From Actinomycetales bacterium (lineage in GTDB: Bacteria > Actinomycetota > Actinomycetes > Actinomycetales > Dermatophilaceae), in assembly GCA_038258285.1 (NCBI GenBank), contig JBBSQA010000005.1, forward strand, positions 36,929-100,928: 64,000 bases of DNA, read 5' to 3'. Position numbers and translations under genes: made by a program. How positions within the stretch are numbered: the stretch's first letter is position 1; every line of letters starts with the position of its first letter. Under the pieces are notes generated by a model. It did no database searches and was not told the DNA's origin. It saw only the letters and a list, made by a program, of their open reading frames with translations. Positions 18,873 to 28,102 of the stretch are shown here, piece by piece.

Positions 18873-19401
18873 GGTCGCCCAGCGTAGAGCCTGTCGGCTC
18901 TGCGGGCTTGCTGCCGGGCTCGACATCGCTCACGGCGTCGCTGAGGTCCTTCAGGACGCGCGCCACCAGCTCCAGCTCGTCGTCGCTGTAGGCGCTCATC
19001 GCGTCGGCGAGTCGCTCGTTCATCGGGCGGAACATCTCCCGGCTCACCGACTCCGCCTGCTTGCTGACGCCCAGTCGCACCCGGCGGCGGTCCTGGGCGT
19101 CGGGCTGACGGACCAGGTGACCTACCTGCTCCAACCGGTCCACCAGAGCCGTGACGGCGGCCGCCGACAGGCTCATCTGCTTGGCGACGTCGGTCGGGGT
19201 CATCGACTCACCGCGCATGGCCGCTTGCGACATCAGGTTGAGCGCCATCAGGTCACTGCGGTGCAGCCCAAGGTTGTGGCCGACTCCGTCGGCATACAGC
19301 TGCGTCGTCGACACCAACACCCGGACAGCGTGGTTGACCCGGCGCGCAGCGGAGCGCACAGGAATGCGCCTGCGGTCGGGAACCATGATGGAGTCGCTCA
19401 C
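18859..19401 (-). CDS. MarR-family regulator
   Basis: LSAAAVTALVDRLEQVGHLVRQPDAQDRRRV winged HTH; 3' end overlaps the murE start by 14 nt. Confidence 0.9.
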   Translation of the reverse strand: MSDSIMVPDRRRIPVRSAARRVNHAVRVLVSTTQLYADGVGHNLGLHRSDLMALNLMSQAAMRGESMTPTDVAKQMSLSAAAVTALVDRLEQVGHLVRQPDAQDRRRVRLGVSKQAESVSREMFRPMNERLADAMSAYSDDELELVARVLKDLSDAVSDVEPGSKPAEPTGSTLGDHATG

Positions 19402-19473
19402 GTTGGGCCTTGTAGTCTTTCGACGGTCAAATGAATAGTTGGCCCTTAGGTTAGCGAATACTAGGAGCACCGC

Positions 19474-20745
19474 GTGCGTCACCCCACCGTAGCCGTGATC
19501 GGATCTGGCGTCTCCGGCCTCACGGCTGCTTACGCGTTGCGGTCGACACACGCCGTCACCGTGTTCGAGGCCGAGCCACGGCTAGGTGGTCACACCCACA
19601 CTCACGACGTCACCGACCCCGACGGTCAGCGCTATCCGGTGGACAGCGGTTTTATCGTGCACAACGACCGCACGTATCCCCGGTTGAGGGCGCTCTTCGC
19701 GGAGCTGGGCATCGAGGCTCGGCCTACCGAGATGAGCATGAGCATCACCTGCCACGGCTGCAACCTGGAGTATGCCGGGGGTCGCGGCCTCAAAGGCATC
19801 CTCGCCCGGCCCCGGCAGTTGCTGCGTCGGCCTTTCGTCGGGATGCTGACCCAGGTCCGTTCCTTTCATGACGACGCCAAGAGCTTCGTCGACGACTCAC
19901 CACCGGAGGACCTGACCCCCTTGGGGGACTGGCTCCGTGATCATGGGTACGGCGAATACTTCGTGAGGCACTACGCCGTGCCGCTCGTCTCGTGCGTGTG
20001 GAGTTCTGGGGATGCGGTGGCGCTGCAGTATCCCGCTCGCTATCTCTTCACCTTCCTGAACCATCACGGCATGCTGCAACTCACCGACAGTCCGCAATGG
20101 TTCACCGTGGTCGGTGGCTCCTCGACCTACGTCACCGCCATCGCGGACACCTTGACCGACATACGCCGTGGAGATCCCGTCGTCTCGATCACTCGACCAC
20201 CCCTCGATGGGCCCGTCGAGGTGCGCACGGCCAGTGACGCGGTGAGTGTGTTCGACCAGGTCGTCGTCGCCACGCACGCGGACCAAGCCCTAGCGCTCCT
20301 CGCCGATCCGAGTCCGGAGGAGAAGCGCATCCTGGGCGCTTTCGAGTACTCCGAGAACGAGACCGTGCTGCACACCGACAGCTCCATCCTGCCCACCGCC
20401 CGACAGGCACGCGCATCGTGGAACTACGTGATGGACCACTGCACGGAGCCATCTGCAGCCGCCCGGGTGACCTACTGGATGAACCGTTTGCAAGGCCACC
20501 AGTCCTCGAAGGACTACCTGGTCACGCTGAACGCCACAGACCATCTTGATCCGACCTCGGTGCTGAAGACCATGCACTACACGCACCCGGCCTATACGGC
20601 GGCTTCGGTAGCGGCACAAGGTGAGCTGACGTCGCTGTTCAGCTCGACCACCGCCTACGCGGGGGCACATTTCGGCTGGGGATTCCACGAAGACGGGTGT
20701 CGTTCGGGTCACGCCGCAGCAGACTGGACCATTTCCGCAGCATGA
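19474..20745 (+). CDS. FAD-dependent oxidoreductase (COG2907 / UfaD-like)
   Basis: VIGSGVSGL, RLGGHTHT, VDSGFIVHN, YWMNRLQ, GWGFHEDG. Confidence 0.9.
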   Translation: MRHPTVAVIGSGVSGLTAAYALRSTHAVTVFEAEPRLGGHTHTHDVTDPDGQRYPVDSGFIVHNDRTYPRLRALFAELGIEARPTEMSMSITCHGCNLEYAGGRGLKGILARPRQLLRRPFVGMLTQVRSFHDDAKSFVDDSPPEDLTPLGDWLRDHGYGEYFVRHYAVPLVSCVWSSGDAVALQYPARYLFTFLNHHGMLQLTDSPQWFTVVGGSSTYVTAIADTLTDIRRGDPVVSITRPPLDGPVEVRTASDAVSVFDQVVVATHADQALALLADPSPEEKRILGAFEYSENETVLHTDSSILPTARQARASWNYVMDHCTEPSAAARVTYWMNRLQGHQSSKDYLVTLNATDHLDPTSVLKTMHYTHPAYTAASVAAQGELTSLFSSTTAYAGAHFGWGFHEDGCRSGHAAADWTISAA

Positions 20746-22766
20746 CCACCATCACCCTTCCCGCGCTCCCGGCGCTGGTGCCCGGGGTCGTCGCGCACCG
20801 ACGCCACGGCCCCATCGACCACAAACTGCGCCACGGGGTCTACCAGTGGCTGGTCGACCTCGACCATCTGCCCCGATTGAGCCGGCCCTTGACCAAGGTC
20901 GCGCAGTTCAGCCCGGCGGACCATCTCGGCGACCCGACCCGCAGCATCAAGGACAACGTGTTGCACTTCGCCCACGCCCACGGCGTTCTCCTGCCGGCCC
21001 GTCCTCGCGTCGTGATGCTGGCCAACGCCCGAGTGTTCGGCTACGTCTTCGATCCGCTGAGTGTCTTCTGGTGTCTCGATGAGGACACCGACGAGCTGAT
21101 CTGTGTGGTCGCCGAAGTGCATAACACCTATGGAGATCGGCACGCCTATCTTTTAAACCCCGACGAATCTGGATCGTCCGAGGTCGACAAGGCATTCTAT
21201 GTTTCGCCGTTCTATGATCTGGCCGGACGCTACCGACTGCATTTCGTCTTGAAGCCCCATCGCGTTTCGGTGACGATTAATCTGCACCGCAATGGTGAGC
21301 TCCAATCCAAACCGGACTTCACTGCGAATTTCCAAGGAAAACCGGAGCCGGTCACTCGAGGCGGTGTCATGACCCAGGTTGCTCGGCATCCTTTGATGTC
21401 CCAGAAGGTCAGCACTTTGATTCGGGCGCACGGAATATACCTGTGGGCCAAAGGACTACCGCTTCAAGCCCGCCCGCACCATCAGCCCCCCGAAGGAATC
21501 GTGATGACAGAGTCACAAATCCAGACCGAGCGATCCGGCGACGCTGAGCCGGTGATGCCCGCTGTGGCTACCGCTCCCATGCGCGCTGCGATCGCTCAAG
21601 CACTGTGGAAGTCCGCGATCAGGATGGTGCCGGTGCGGGTTCTCTGGCCGGATGGCGAGATGACGGGCGGGGGCGACGACGAGTCCCCGGTGTTCGAGAT
21701 CGTCAACGCCGAGCAGTACTTCGCGCGGTTGGGTCGAGACTTCAAGATCGGTTTCGGTGAGGCCTATATGGCCGGGGACTGGAGGCCAGCAGCGGGGCAC
21801 GACCTCGCCGACGTCTTGGCGCCGTTTGCTGCCCGCCTCACGCGACTGGTGCCCGAGCCGTTGCAGAAGTTCCGCGCGGTTGCGGACCTGCGGGCGCCAC
21901 GGGTGCAGCGCAACACTCTCGACGGCGGCGCCAAGGCCAACATCGAGGCGCACTACGACCTGTCCAATGACCTTTTCCAGCGCTTCCTCGACCCGTCGAT
22001 GACCTACAGCTCGGCGCTGTTCGAAGGCGGCGAGCCGTTCGATGGCGACCTGCAGAAGGCGCAGGAACGGAAGATCGACTCGATCCTGGACATGGCCGGG
22101 GTCCGCGAGGGCAGTCGCGTGCTGGAGATCGGCTCCGGGTGGGGATCCCTGATCGTGCGCGCCGCCCAACGCGGCGCCCACGTTACGAGCATCACGTTGT
22201 CTTCCGAGCAGTTGGCCCTGGCCCAGGAAACGGTCGACCGCGCCGGCTATGCCGACCGGGTCGACCTGAGGATCAGCGACTACCGGGAAGTGCACGGCGA
22301 GTTCGACTCCATCGTCAGCGTGGAGATGATCGAGGCGGTGGGATACGAGTTCTGGCCGACCTACTTCCAGACCATCGACCGCTTGCTCGCGCCCGGCGGT
22401 GCCGCCGCGATCCAGGCCATCACGATGAGCCACGAGCAGATGCTGCGCACCCAGCGCTCGCACTCCTGGATCCTGAAGTACATCTTCCCGGGCGGAATCC
22501 TGCCTTCGCTGCGAGCGATCAACGAGGTCCTGGCTGAGCACACGAGGCTGGAGGTCAGCAGCGACCTGAGCTTCGGCACACACTACGCCGAGACCCTGAA
22601 ACGGTGGCGAACCCGTTTCGACGCCAACTGGGACGACATCGCCACGCACGGTTTCGACGAGCGCTTCCGCCGTATGTGGGAGTTCTACTTGGGCTACTGC
22701 GAGGCCGGCTTCCGGGTCGAGTACATCGGGGTCCACCAGCTGCAGATGACCCGCCGCCCGTCCTGA
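20742..22766 (+). CDS. cfa: DUF1365 protein in frame with a cyclopropane-fatty-acyl-phospholipid synthase-like methyltransferase (second start at 21504)
   Basis: N-part: GYVFDPLSVFW, AEVHNTYGDRH, KAFYVSPF. C-part: HYDLSN, MTYSSA, LEIGSGWG, VEMIEAVG, YIFPGG, WEFYL..CEAGF. Confidence 0.9.
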   Translation: MTTITLPALPALVPGVVAHRRHGPIDHKLRHGVYQWLVDLDHLPRLSRPLTKVAQFSPADHLGDPTRSIKDNVLHFAHAHGVLLPARPRVVMLANARVFGYVFDPLSVFWCLDEDTDELICVVAEVHNTYGDRHAYLLNPDESGSSEVDKAFYVSPFYDLAGRYRLHFVLKPHRVSVTINLHRNGELQSKPDFTANFQGKPEPVTRGGVMTQVARHPLMSQKVSTLIRAHGIYLWAKGLPLQARPHHQPPEGIVMTESQIQTERSGDAEPVMPAVATAPMRAAIAQALWKSAIRMVPVRVLWPDGEMTGGGDDESPVFEIVNAEQYFARLGRDFKIGFGEAYMAGDWRPAAGHDLADVLAPFAARLTRLVPEPLQKFRAVADLRAPRVQRNTLDGGAKANIEAHYDLSNDLFQRFLDPSMTYSSALFEGGEPFDGDLQKAQERKIDSILDMAGVREGSRVLEIGSGWGSLIVRAAQRGAHVTSITLSSEQLALAQETVDRAGYADRVDLRISDYREVHGEFDSIVSVEMIEAVGYEFWPTYFQTIDRLLAPGGAAAIQAITMSHEQMLRTQRSHSWILKYIFPGGILPSLRAINEVLAEHTRLEVSSDLSFGTHYAETLKRWRTRFDANWDDIATHGFDERFRRMWEFYLGYCEAGFRVEYIGVHQLQMTRRPS

Positions 22767-22806
22767 CGATCGAGCGCCGCAAGCGTCCCCGTACGGTGGA
22801 TGGACT

Positions 22807-23088
22807 ATGAACGCGAAGAACGAAGACGACCCCGGCCCTTCGATCAAGGACCGGAAGGTCTACGAAGCGGTTCGTGAAGATGGAGCCAGCAAAGCCAAGG
22901 CGGCCGCGATCGCCAACGCGGCCGCGCGCGACTCACGGGAGAAGGTCGGTGAGCGCGGAGGCAACGCCGGCAGCTACGCCGACTGGACCGTCGAGCAGCT
23001 CCAGGACCGCGCCCGCGAGCTCGACATCGATGGGCGCTCGTCGATGCACAAGGACGAACTGATCGAGGCTCTGCGCGACGGCAGTTGA
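22807..23088 (+). CDS. Small protein with C-terminal Rho-N-like domain
   Basis: PGPSIKD..YEA.R..GASK.KAA.IANA; WTVEQL..RARELDIDGRSSMHKDELIEAL. Confidence 0.8.
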   Translation: MNAKNEDDPGPSIKDRKVYEAVREDGASKAKAAAIANAAARDSREKVGERGGNAGSYADWTVEQLQDRARELDIDGRSSMHKDELIEALRDGS

Positions 23089-23703
23089 CTACAGCACGGT
23101 GAAACCAGCCGTCAGTCCTCCACGACCGGTCACGGCCCGCAATACCGGCAGGCTTTGCCCGTTGCGCATTATGAAGTCGCTGACCAGCCGCAGACTCTCT
23201 GCTGCGGCCGTGCGCGGCGGCGTGTCCAGCCTACCCAGCGCTGAGGCCAGATCGCTGGTGTGCACCGTGAGTTCGAACGTGCGCGTCGGTAGGTAGTCCC
23301 GCAGTCGCATCACGCCCACCGGGGTCGACACCCGGGAGCATTCGCCCGCGCTGCTGACCCGGGCCGTGACTCTGGCACTGATCTGCGCAACGGAGCGCTC
23401 CGGGTGCTCGCCGAGCGCCACGCCTGAAGCCCGGGCTCGCCCGGTTACCGCTTGGGGGTCACCGATGGCGGCCAACGCGAGGTGGAAGTAGTCGGCGGCG
23501 GTCTCGACCTCCACGGGGCATTCAGCGTCACCGAGGTAGGACTCCACGGTGAGGAGAGCACGGCTTGTGTGGCCGACGAGATCCCGGATCGTCCAGTCCC
23601 CGAGACCGACCTCTTCCCAACGACCGGCAGCGGCGGGGACAACCTGACGGAACCAGAAGGCAGCATCCTCGAACGCCGACACCGACTCGGCCCAACTCAC
23701 CAT
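23089..23703 (-). CDS. DinB-superfamily / mycothiol-dependent maleylpyruvate isomerase N-domain protein
   Basis: WTIRDLVGH and TRTFELTVHTSDL metal-binding motifs. Confidence 0.82.
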   Translation of the reverse strand: MVSWAESVSAFEDAAFWFRQVVPAAAGRWEEVGLGDWTIRDLVGHTSRALLTVESYLGDAECPVEVETAADYFHLALAAIGDPQAVTGRARASGVALGEHPERSVAQISARVTARVSSAGECSRVSTPVGVMRLRDYLPTRTFELTVHTSDLASALGRLDTPPRTAAAESLRLVSDFIMRNGQSLPVLRAVTGRGGLTAGFTVL

Positions 23704-23769
23704 CGTCGAAGTGTAATGACCGAGTCGAGTGGGCCGTCTAGGCTTTTCCCATCCCGACAAGGAGCCGAT

Positions 23770-23994
23770 ATGTCGCAACCGAGCCAACCCACCCGCCGAA
23801 TGTCACTGCTCGCGACCATCCTCATCGGCGTCGCGCTGGTCGCACTGGCATTCGGTCTGGCCGCCGTCTTCGACGTCAATATAGGACTGCCGGCGGCCGG
23901 TGCCGGCGGCCTGCTGGTGATCGCCGGGCTCGCTCGGACGATGATGCGGGTCGACGGAAGACCCGATCCGAGGGACCCCCACCGACGCCGGTAG
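23770..23994 (+). CDS. Small 2-TM membrane protein
   Basis: AAGGAG RBS, ATG at 23770, two hydrophobic segments. Confidence 0.6.
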   Translation: MSQPSQPTRRMSLLATILIGVALVALAFGLAAVFDVNIGLPAAGAGGLLVIAGLARTMMRVDGRPDPRDPHRRR

Positions 23995-24028
23995 CCCCGC
24001 CCCCGCAGACGCGGTGCCGGCGATGTGC

Positions 24029-24952
24029 TCAGCCGAGGTCGACGGCCCCGGCGATCCTCAGCATCGTGTCCCCGCCGATCCAAATGTCGCCGAGGACGTC
24101 GTGGTGGGATATACCAGCGTCGTCGACGACGCCGACGTCGGCAACCTGGATGCGCTCAGCGTCGACGTACACCCGACCGGCACGTCCGAGGACCGTGCCC
24201 TGGGCGGCAACGTACCGGTCAGGAGCAACGCCGGCACCGACCAACCATTGCGCCAGACCGGCCTGCAGACTGCCGGTCACCGGGTCCTCCGGCATACCCA
24301 GGTCCGGGCAGAACGCGCGCACTTCGTAGGCCGCCGGCCGGTCAGAATCGTGCGGCCCGATGATGCCCACCTCGACCCCACTGAGGGCCCGCATGGCTTC
24401 GAAGTCCGGTTCGGCGGCCAGGACGGTTTGGGCATCGTGCAGCAGCACGCCCAACCAGTTCGGGCCGTTGGCCACCCACGACATGCTGACTACCTGGTCA
24501 TCCCTGAGCCCGAGCGAGCGGGTGACCGCCTCCCGCAGATCGGCCTGGGGCGGACCGGACCGCACCAGGGGCGGGGCGGCGAAGGCGAGGCGGCCTGCGG
24601 CGTGCCGGATGCGGACCAACCCCGCGGTGCATTCCTGCACGATCACGCCCGTGTCAGCCGGGGTCCCCCCGACGGCCAACCACGCGCGGCAGCTCCCCAA
24701 CGTCGGGTGCCCAGCAAACGGAAGCTCACCCCCGGGTGTGAAGATACGCAACCGATAGTCGGCCGATGGGTCCCGCGGAGGCAGTACGAACGTGGTTTCC
24801 GACAGGTTGGTCCAGCGGGCGAAGGCCTGCATCTCCTCCGTGGCGAGGTCGTGGCCGTCCTGGGTGACCGCGTCGTGCACCACCGCGACCGGGTTTCCCC
24901 GCATCGGCTCCGCCGAGAAGACGTCGACCTGCGAAAACAAGTGCTTCGACAT
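24029..24952 (-). CDS. PhzF-family isomerase/epimerase
   Basis: QVDVF..GNP, NLSETTF, ELPFAGHPTLG, EDPVTGS. Confidence 0.93.
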   Translation of the reverse strand: MSKHLFSQVDVFSAEPMRGNPVAVVHDAVTQDGHDLATEEMQAFARWTNLSETTFVLPPRDPSADYRLRIFTPGGELPFAGHPTLGSCRAWLAVGGTPADTGVIVQECTAGLVRIRHAAGRLAFAAPPLVRSGPPQADLREAVTRSLGLRDDQVVSMSWVANGPNWLGVLLHDAQTVLAAEPDFEAMRALSGVEVGIIGPHDSDRPAAYEVRAFCPDLGMPEDPVTGSLQAGLAQWLVGAGVAPDRYVAAQGTVLGRAGRVYVDAERIQVADVGVVDDAGISHHDVLGDIWIGGDTMLRIAGAVDLG

Positions 24953-25093
24953 GCCGCAAGGTTAGTCGGCCGACGGCACCCAGACCGGCAAAGGCGAGAG
25001 CGTCCAGGAGCAACGCGCCCGAGGACCGTCCGTTGCCGGTTCCTGTGCAGGCGGGCCCGGTCGACGAGTCCACCGCGAGCCGCAAATGCGACC

Positions 25094-26059
25094 ATGTGCG
25101 GTATGCCGTCGAACTCCTCCACCTTGCCCACTCGGGACGACATCGCGGCGGCCCAAGGCATGATCCGCTCACGCGTGCGGCGGACCCCGGTGATGGAGGT
25201 GGCCTTGGACTCGGGGGTGGTCATCACCCTCAAGCTCGAGCTCTTCCAGCACACCGGATCGTTCAAACCGCGGGGAGCCTTCACCTGCGTGCTGTCACAG
25301 GCGGAGATGCCCACCACGTTGGTCGCCGCGTCCGGGGGCAACCACGGGCTCGCGGTGGCGCACGTAGGCCAGGTGTTCGGGATACCCACCGAGATCTTCG
25401 TGCCCCGGACCGCTCCCAGGGTGAAGGTCGAGCGACTCGACGCCCTCGGGGCCACCGTGCACCAGGTCGGCCAACGGTATGCCGAGGCCCTGGATGCCAG
25501 TCTCGATCTCGCCCAAGCGCCGGGCGCGCTGGCGATCCACGCCTACGACACGGTGCCGACGCTGACCGGTCAGGGCACCCTGGCCGCAGAGCTCGACGAG
25601 CAGACCGAGGCCGACACGGTGTTCGTGGCTGTGGGCGGGGGCGGGCTGATCGGCGGGATGGCCTCCTGGTGGGGGTCGAGGATGGGAATCGTCGCGGTGG
25701 AGCCGCACCACTGCCCGGCGATGCACGATGCCCTCGAAGCGGGTCGCCCGGTCCCGGTCGAGCCGTCCGGGGTGGCGGCTGACTCCTTGGGCGCCAGCGA
25801 GATCGGTGCGCTCGGTTTCGCCGCCGTCCGGTCCGCCTCGGGTCAGTCCGTCCTGGTCAGCGACGACGACATCCGGCAGGCGCGACAGTGGCTGTGGCGT
25901 ACCGCGCGCATCGCTGCCGAGCCCGGCGGAGCGGCAGCCTTGGCGGCACTGACCAGCGGCGCCTACGTACCCTCCGACGGCGAGCGCGTCACGGTCGTCG
26001 TGTGCGGCGCCAACGCCGACCCCGGTGACCTCACCGCGACCGATCAGCGCCGGAGCTAG
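25094..26059 (+). CDS. PLP-dependent serine/threonine dehydratase
   Basis: KLELFQHTGSFKPRG, ASGGNHG, VGGGGLIGG, EPGGAAA, CGAN. Confidence 0.9.
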   Translation: MCGMPSNSSTLPTRDDIAAAQGMIRSRVRRTPVMEVALDSGVVITLKLELFQHTGSFKPRGAFTCVLSQAEMPTTLVAASGGNHGLAVAHVGQVFGIPTEIFVPRTAPRVKVERLDALGATVHQVGQRYAEALDASLDLAQAPGALAIHAYDTVPTLTGQGTLAAELDEQTEADTVFVAVGGGGLIGGMASWWGSRMGIVAVEPHHCPAMHDALEAGRPVPVEPSGVAADSLGASEIGALGFAAVRSASGQSVLVSDDDIRQARQWLWRTARIAAEPGGAAALAALTSGAYVPSDGERVTVVVCGANADPGDLTATDQRRS

Positions 26060-28029
26060 CTAGCGGTCAACCACAACGCTTGGTATGCCGTCAGCCGAAG
26101 GTCTTCGTACTCGGTGACCTTCGGTGCCGCTCCAGCCACGTGGTCATGCACGGCATACGGATCCAGTCCCTGCTCGCGCAGCCACCAACCGGGCACGAAG
26201 CGCTCGTGCTCGGTCATGTTGTAGAGGCCCACCATCGGGCCGATCGGGTGCTGACGCAGCACGCCGAGCACGCCCGGAGCAGACGTCGGCAACGGTCGGG
26301 CGGTGACTCCGGCGTGCAGGTGCGGCAAGGCCGCTCGGGCGCTGACCAGCGACTGCAATCCGTCGAAGACCCGCGCCGCCGGGGACCCGGACGCCTCGGC
26401 CAGTCCGGAGACGACCTCCCAGTCCAAGGAGGGTCGATGCGCCCAGCGGTTGTCGTCCGCATGCTCTGGGGTGGCGTCCCACTCGGCGTCGTTGAGCGTC
26501 GCAATCTCATCGCCGGACCAGATCACCGGGATGCCGCCCCAGCCCATCATCAGCGCATGGCCGACCAAGACGCGACCGATGGCGTCGTCGAGCCGTTGGG
26601 TCGAGCCGCTCGCCGCCGAGGCACCGACCCCGGCCAGGCTGGCTGCCGTGCCGCTGATGCGCTTGTCACCCGTCTCGGGGTTGTGCTGGAAGACCAGACC
26701 CTCGGCGAACGAGCCCTGAAAATCCCCGGCGTAGAACTCCGACAGGAAGTTGCGGTGCTCGAAGCCGTTGAGATGCACCGCCCCGGCGTCACGGTCGTCG
26801 ATCGCCCAACCGATGTCGTCGTGGCAACGGAGGTAGGTGATCCAGGCCGTGGTGGCCGGGATGGCGGGGATCCGCGACAGCGCGTGGGCAGCCAGGGTGA
26901 CGTCGCGGCTGGCCAGCATCGACCAGATCTGCACCATGAGCCCGTTGTGATACGCCAAGTCGCTGACCTTGCCGTGGTGCACCCCACGGCCCAGGTAGTA
27001 GACCAGGTCGTCGGGACCGACGATGGCCTCGGCCTTGAAGGTCAGCGCCGGGGCCGCGATGCGAGCGACAGCCCGCAGCGCCTGGGTCAGCGCATGCACC
27101 TCCGGCTGGTTCTGGCAGTTGGTGCCCTTGCGCTTCCAGGTGAAAGCGATGGCGTCCAGACGCAGCACCTCGACCCCGAGGTTGCCGAGATAGAGGATGA
27201 CGTCGGCCATCTCACAGAAGACGTTCGGGTTCGACCAGTTGAGGTCCCACTGGTAGGAGTTGAACGTGGTCCACACCCATGCGTCGAGATCTTCCTCCCA
27301 GGTGAAGTTGCCCGGTGCGAAGTCGGGGAAGACCTCGGGCAGCGTTGCCTCGTAGGAGTCAGGCTCGGTGCGGTCGGAGTAGACGTAGAAGTAGTCGCGG
27401 TAGCGCTCTTCACCTTTCCGCGCAGCGGCGGCCCATTCATGCTCCCTGGCCACGTGGTTGAGCACGAGGTCCAGACAGAGGCTGATGCCGTTGACCCGCA
27501 GCGCCCCGGCGAGGTCCTGCAGATCCTCGACCGTCCCGAGATCCGGACGGATCGTGCGGTAGTCGGCGACGGCATACCCACCGTCGTTGGGCGTGGGCCG
27601 GGGTTGCAGCAAGGGCATGAGGTGCAGGTAGGTCACCCCGAGGTCGCGCAGGTGGCCCACGTGGTCCGCGACACCCGCCAAGCCGGTGCCCGGCGCCGCG
27701 AACCGCTCCGTGTATGCCGCGTAGCCCACCATCGATGGCTGCTGGAACCAGTCGGGCTCGAGGAGCCGTTGCTCGTCCAGGACGTGCAGGTCCTCGGGTC
27801 GCCGCGCGTAGGCCCTCGCAGCGAGCTCCAGACAGCGACCGGCGACAGCCTCGGGGTCGGCGTACACGCTCAACCCGTCGAGCAGCTCCCTCCACCGGCG
27901 GTGGGCGCGAAGCAGGAACGTCTGTCGCCGAGCCGCCGACAGATCGCTCAGGGTGTCGGTGATAGCGGAGGCGCTATCGGGGGGCACCGCAGCGGGCAAC
28001 CCGGGTGTGCTGGGTGTGGCTGTCACCAA
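26056..28029 (-). CDS. Amylosucrase-like GH13 enzyme
   Basis: DGGYAV, DLVLNH, LRLDAIAF (nucleophile), KAEAIV (acid/base), RCHDDIGW. Confidence 0.9.
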   Translation of the reverse strand: MVTATPSTPGLPAAVPPDSASAITDTLSDLSAARRQTFLLRAHRRWRELLDGLSVYADPEAVAGRCLELAARAYARRPEDLHVLDEQRLLEPDWFQQPSMVGYAAYTERFAAPGTGLAGVADHVGHLRDLGVTYLHLMPLLQPRPTPNDGGYAVADYRTIRPDLGTVEDLQDLAGALRVNGISLCLDLVLNHVAREHEWAAAARKGEERYRDYFYVYSDRTEPDSYEATLPEVFPDFAPGNFTWEEDLDAWVWTTFNSYQWDLNWSNPNVFCEMADVILYLGNLGVEVLRLDAIAFTWKRKGTNCQNQPEVHALTQALRAVARIAAPALTFKAEAIVGPDDLVYYLGRGVHHGKVSDLAYHNGLMVQIWSMLASRDVTLAAHALSRIPAIPATTAWITYLRCHDDIGWAIDDRDAGAVHLNGFEHRNFLSEFYAGDFQGSFAEGLVFQHNPETGDKRISGTAASLAGVGASAASGSTQRLDDAIGRVLVGHALMMGWGGIPVIWSGDEIATLNDAEWDATPEHADDNRWAHRPSLDWEVVSGLAEASGSPAARVFDGLQSLVSARAALPHLHAGVTARPLPTSAPGVLGVLRQHPIGPMVGLYNMTEHERFVPGWWLREQGLDPYAVHDHVAGAAPKVTEYEDLRLTAYQALWLTAS

Positions 28030-28102
28030 CTCATCCCATCACACGTCCGTCCTCCGCTGTCGACTCTGATCTCTCGAGGCCGCGCAGAGCTAGGTTTGAC
28101 CC

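Noticed and set aside
24953-25093. GC-rich intergenic region as a possible riboswitch
   Set aside because: No recognisable aptamer consensus by eye, and the PhzF-family gene appears leaderless; an Rfam scan would settle it.
24014-26059. 681-aa ORF that looks like a dehydratase fusion
   Set aside because: The first 360 aa are the antisense shadow of the PhzF-family gene; the real start is about 25094-25103.
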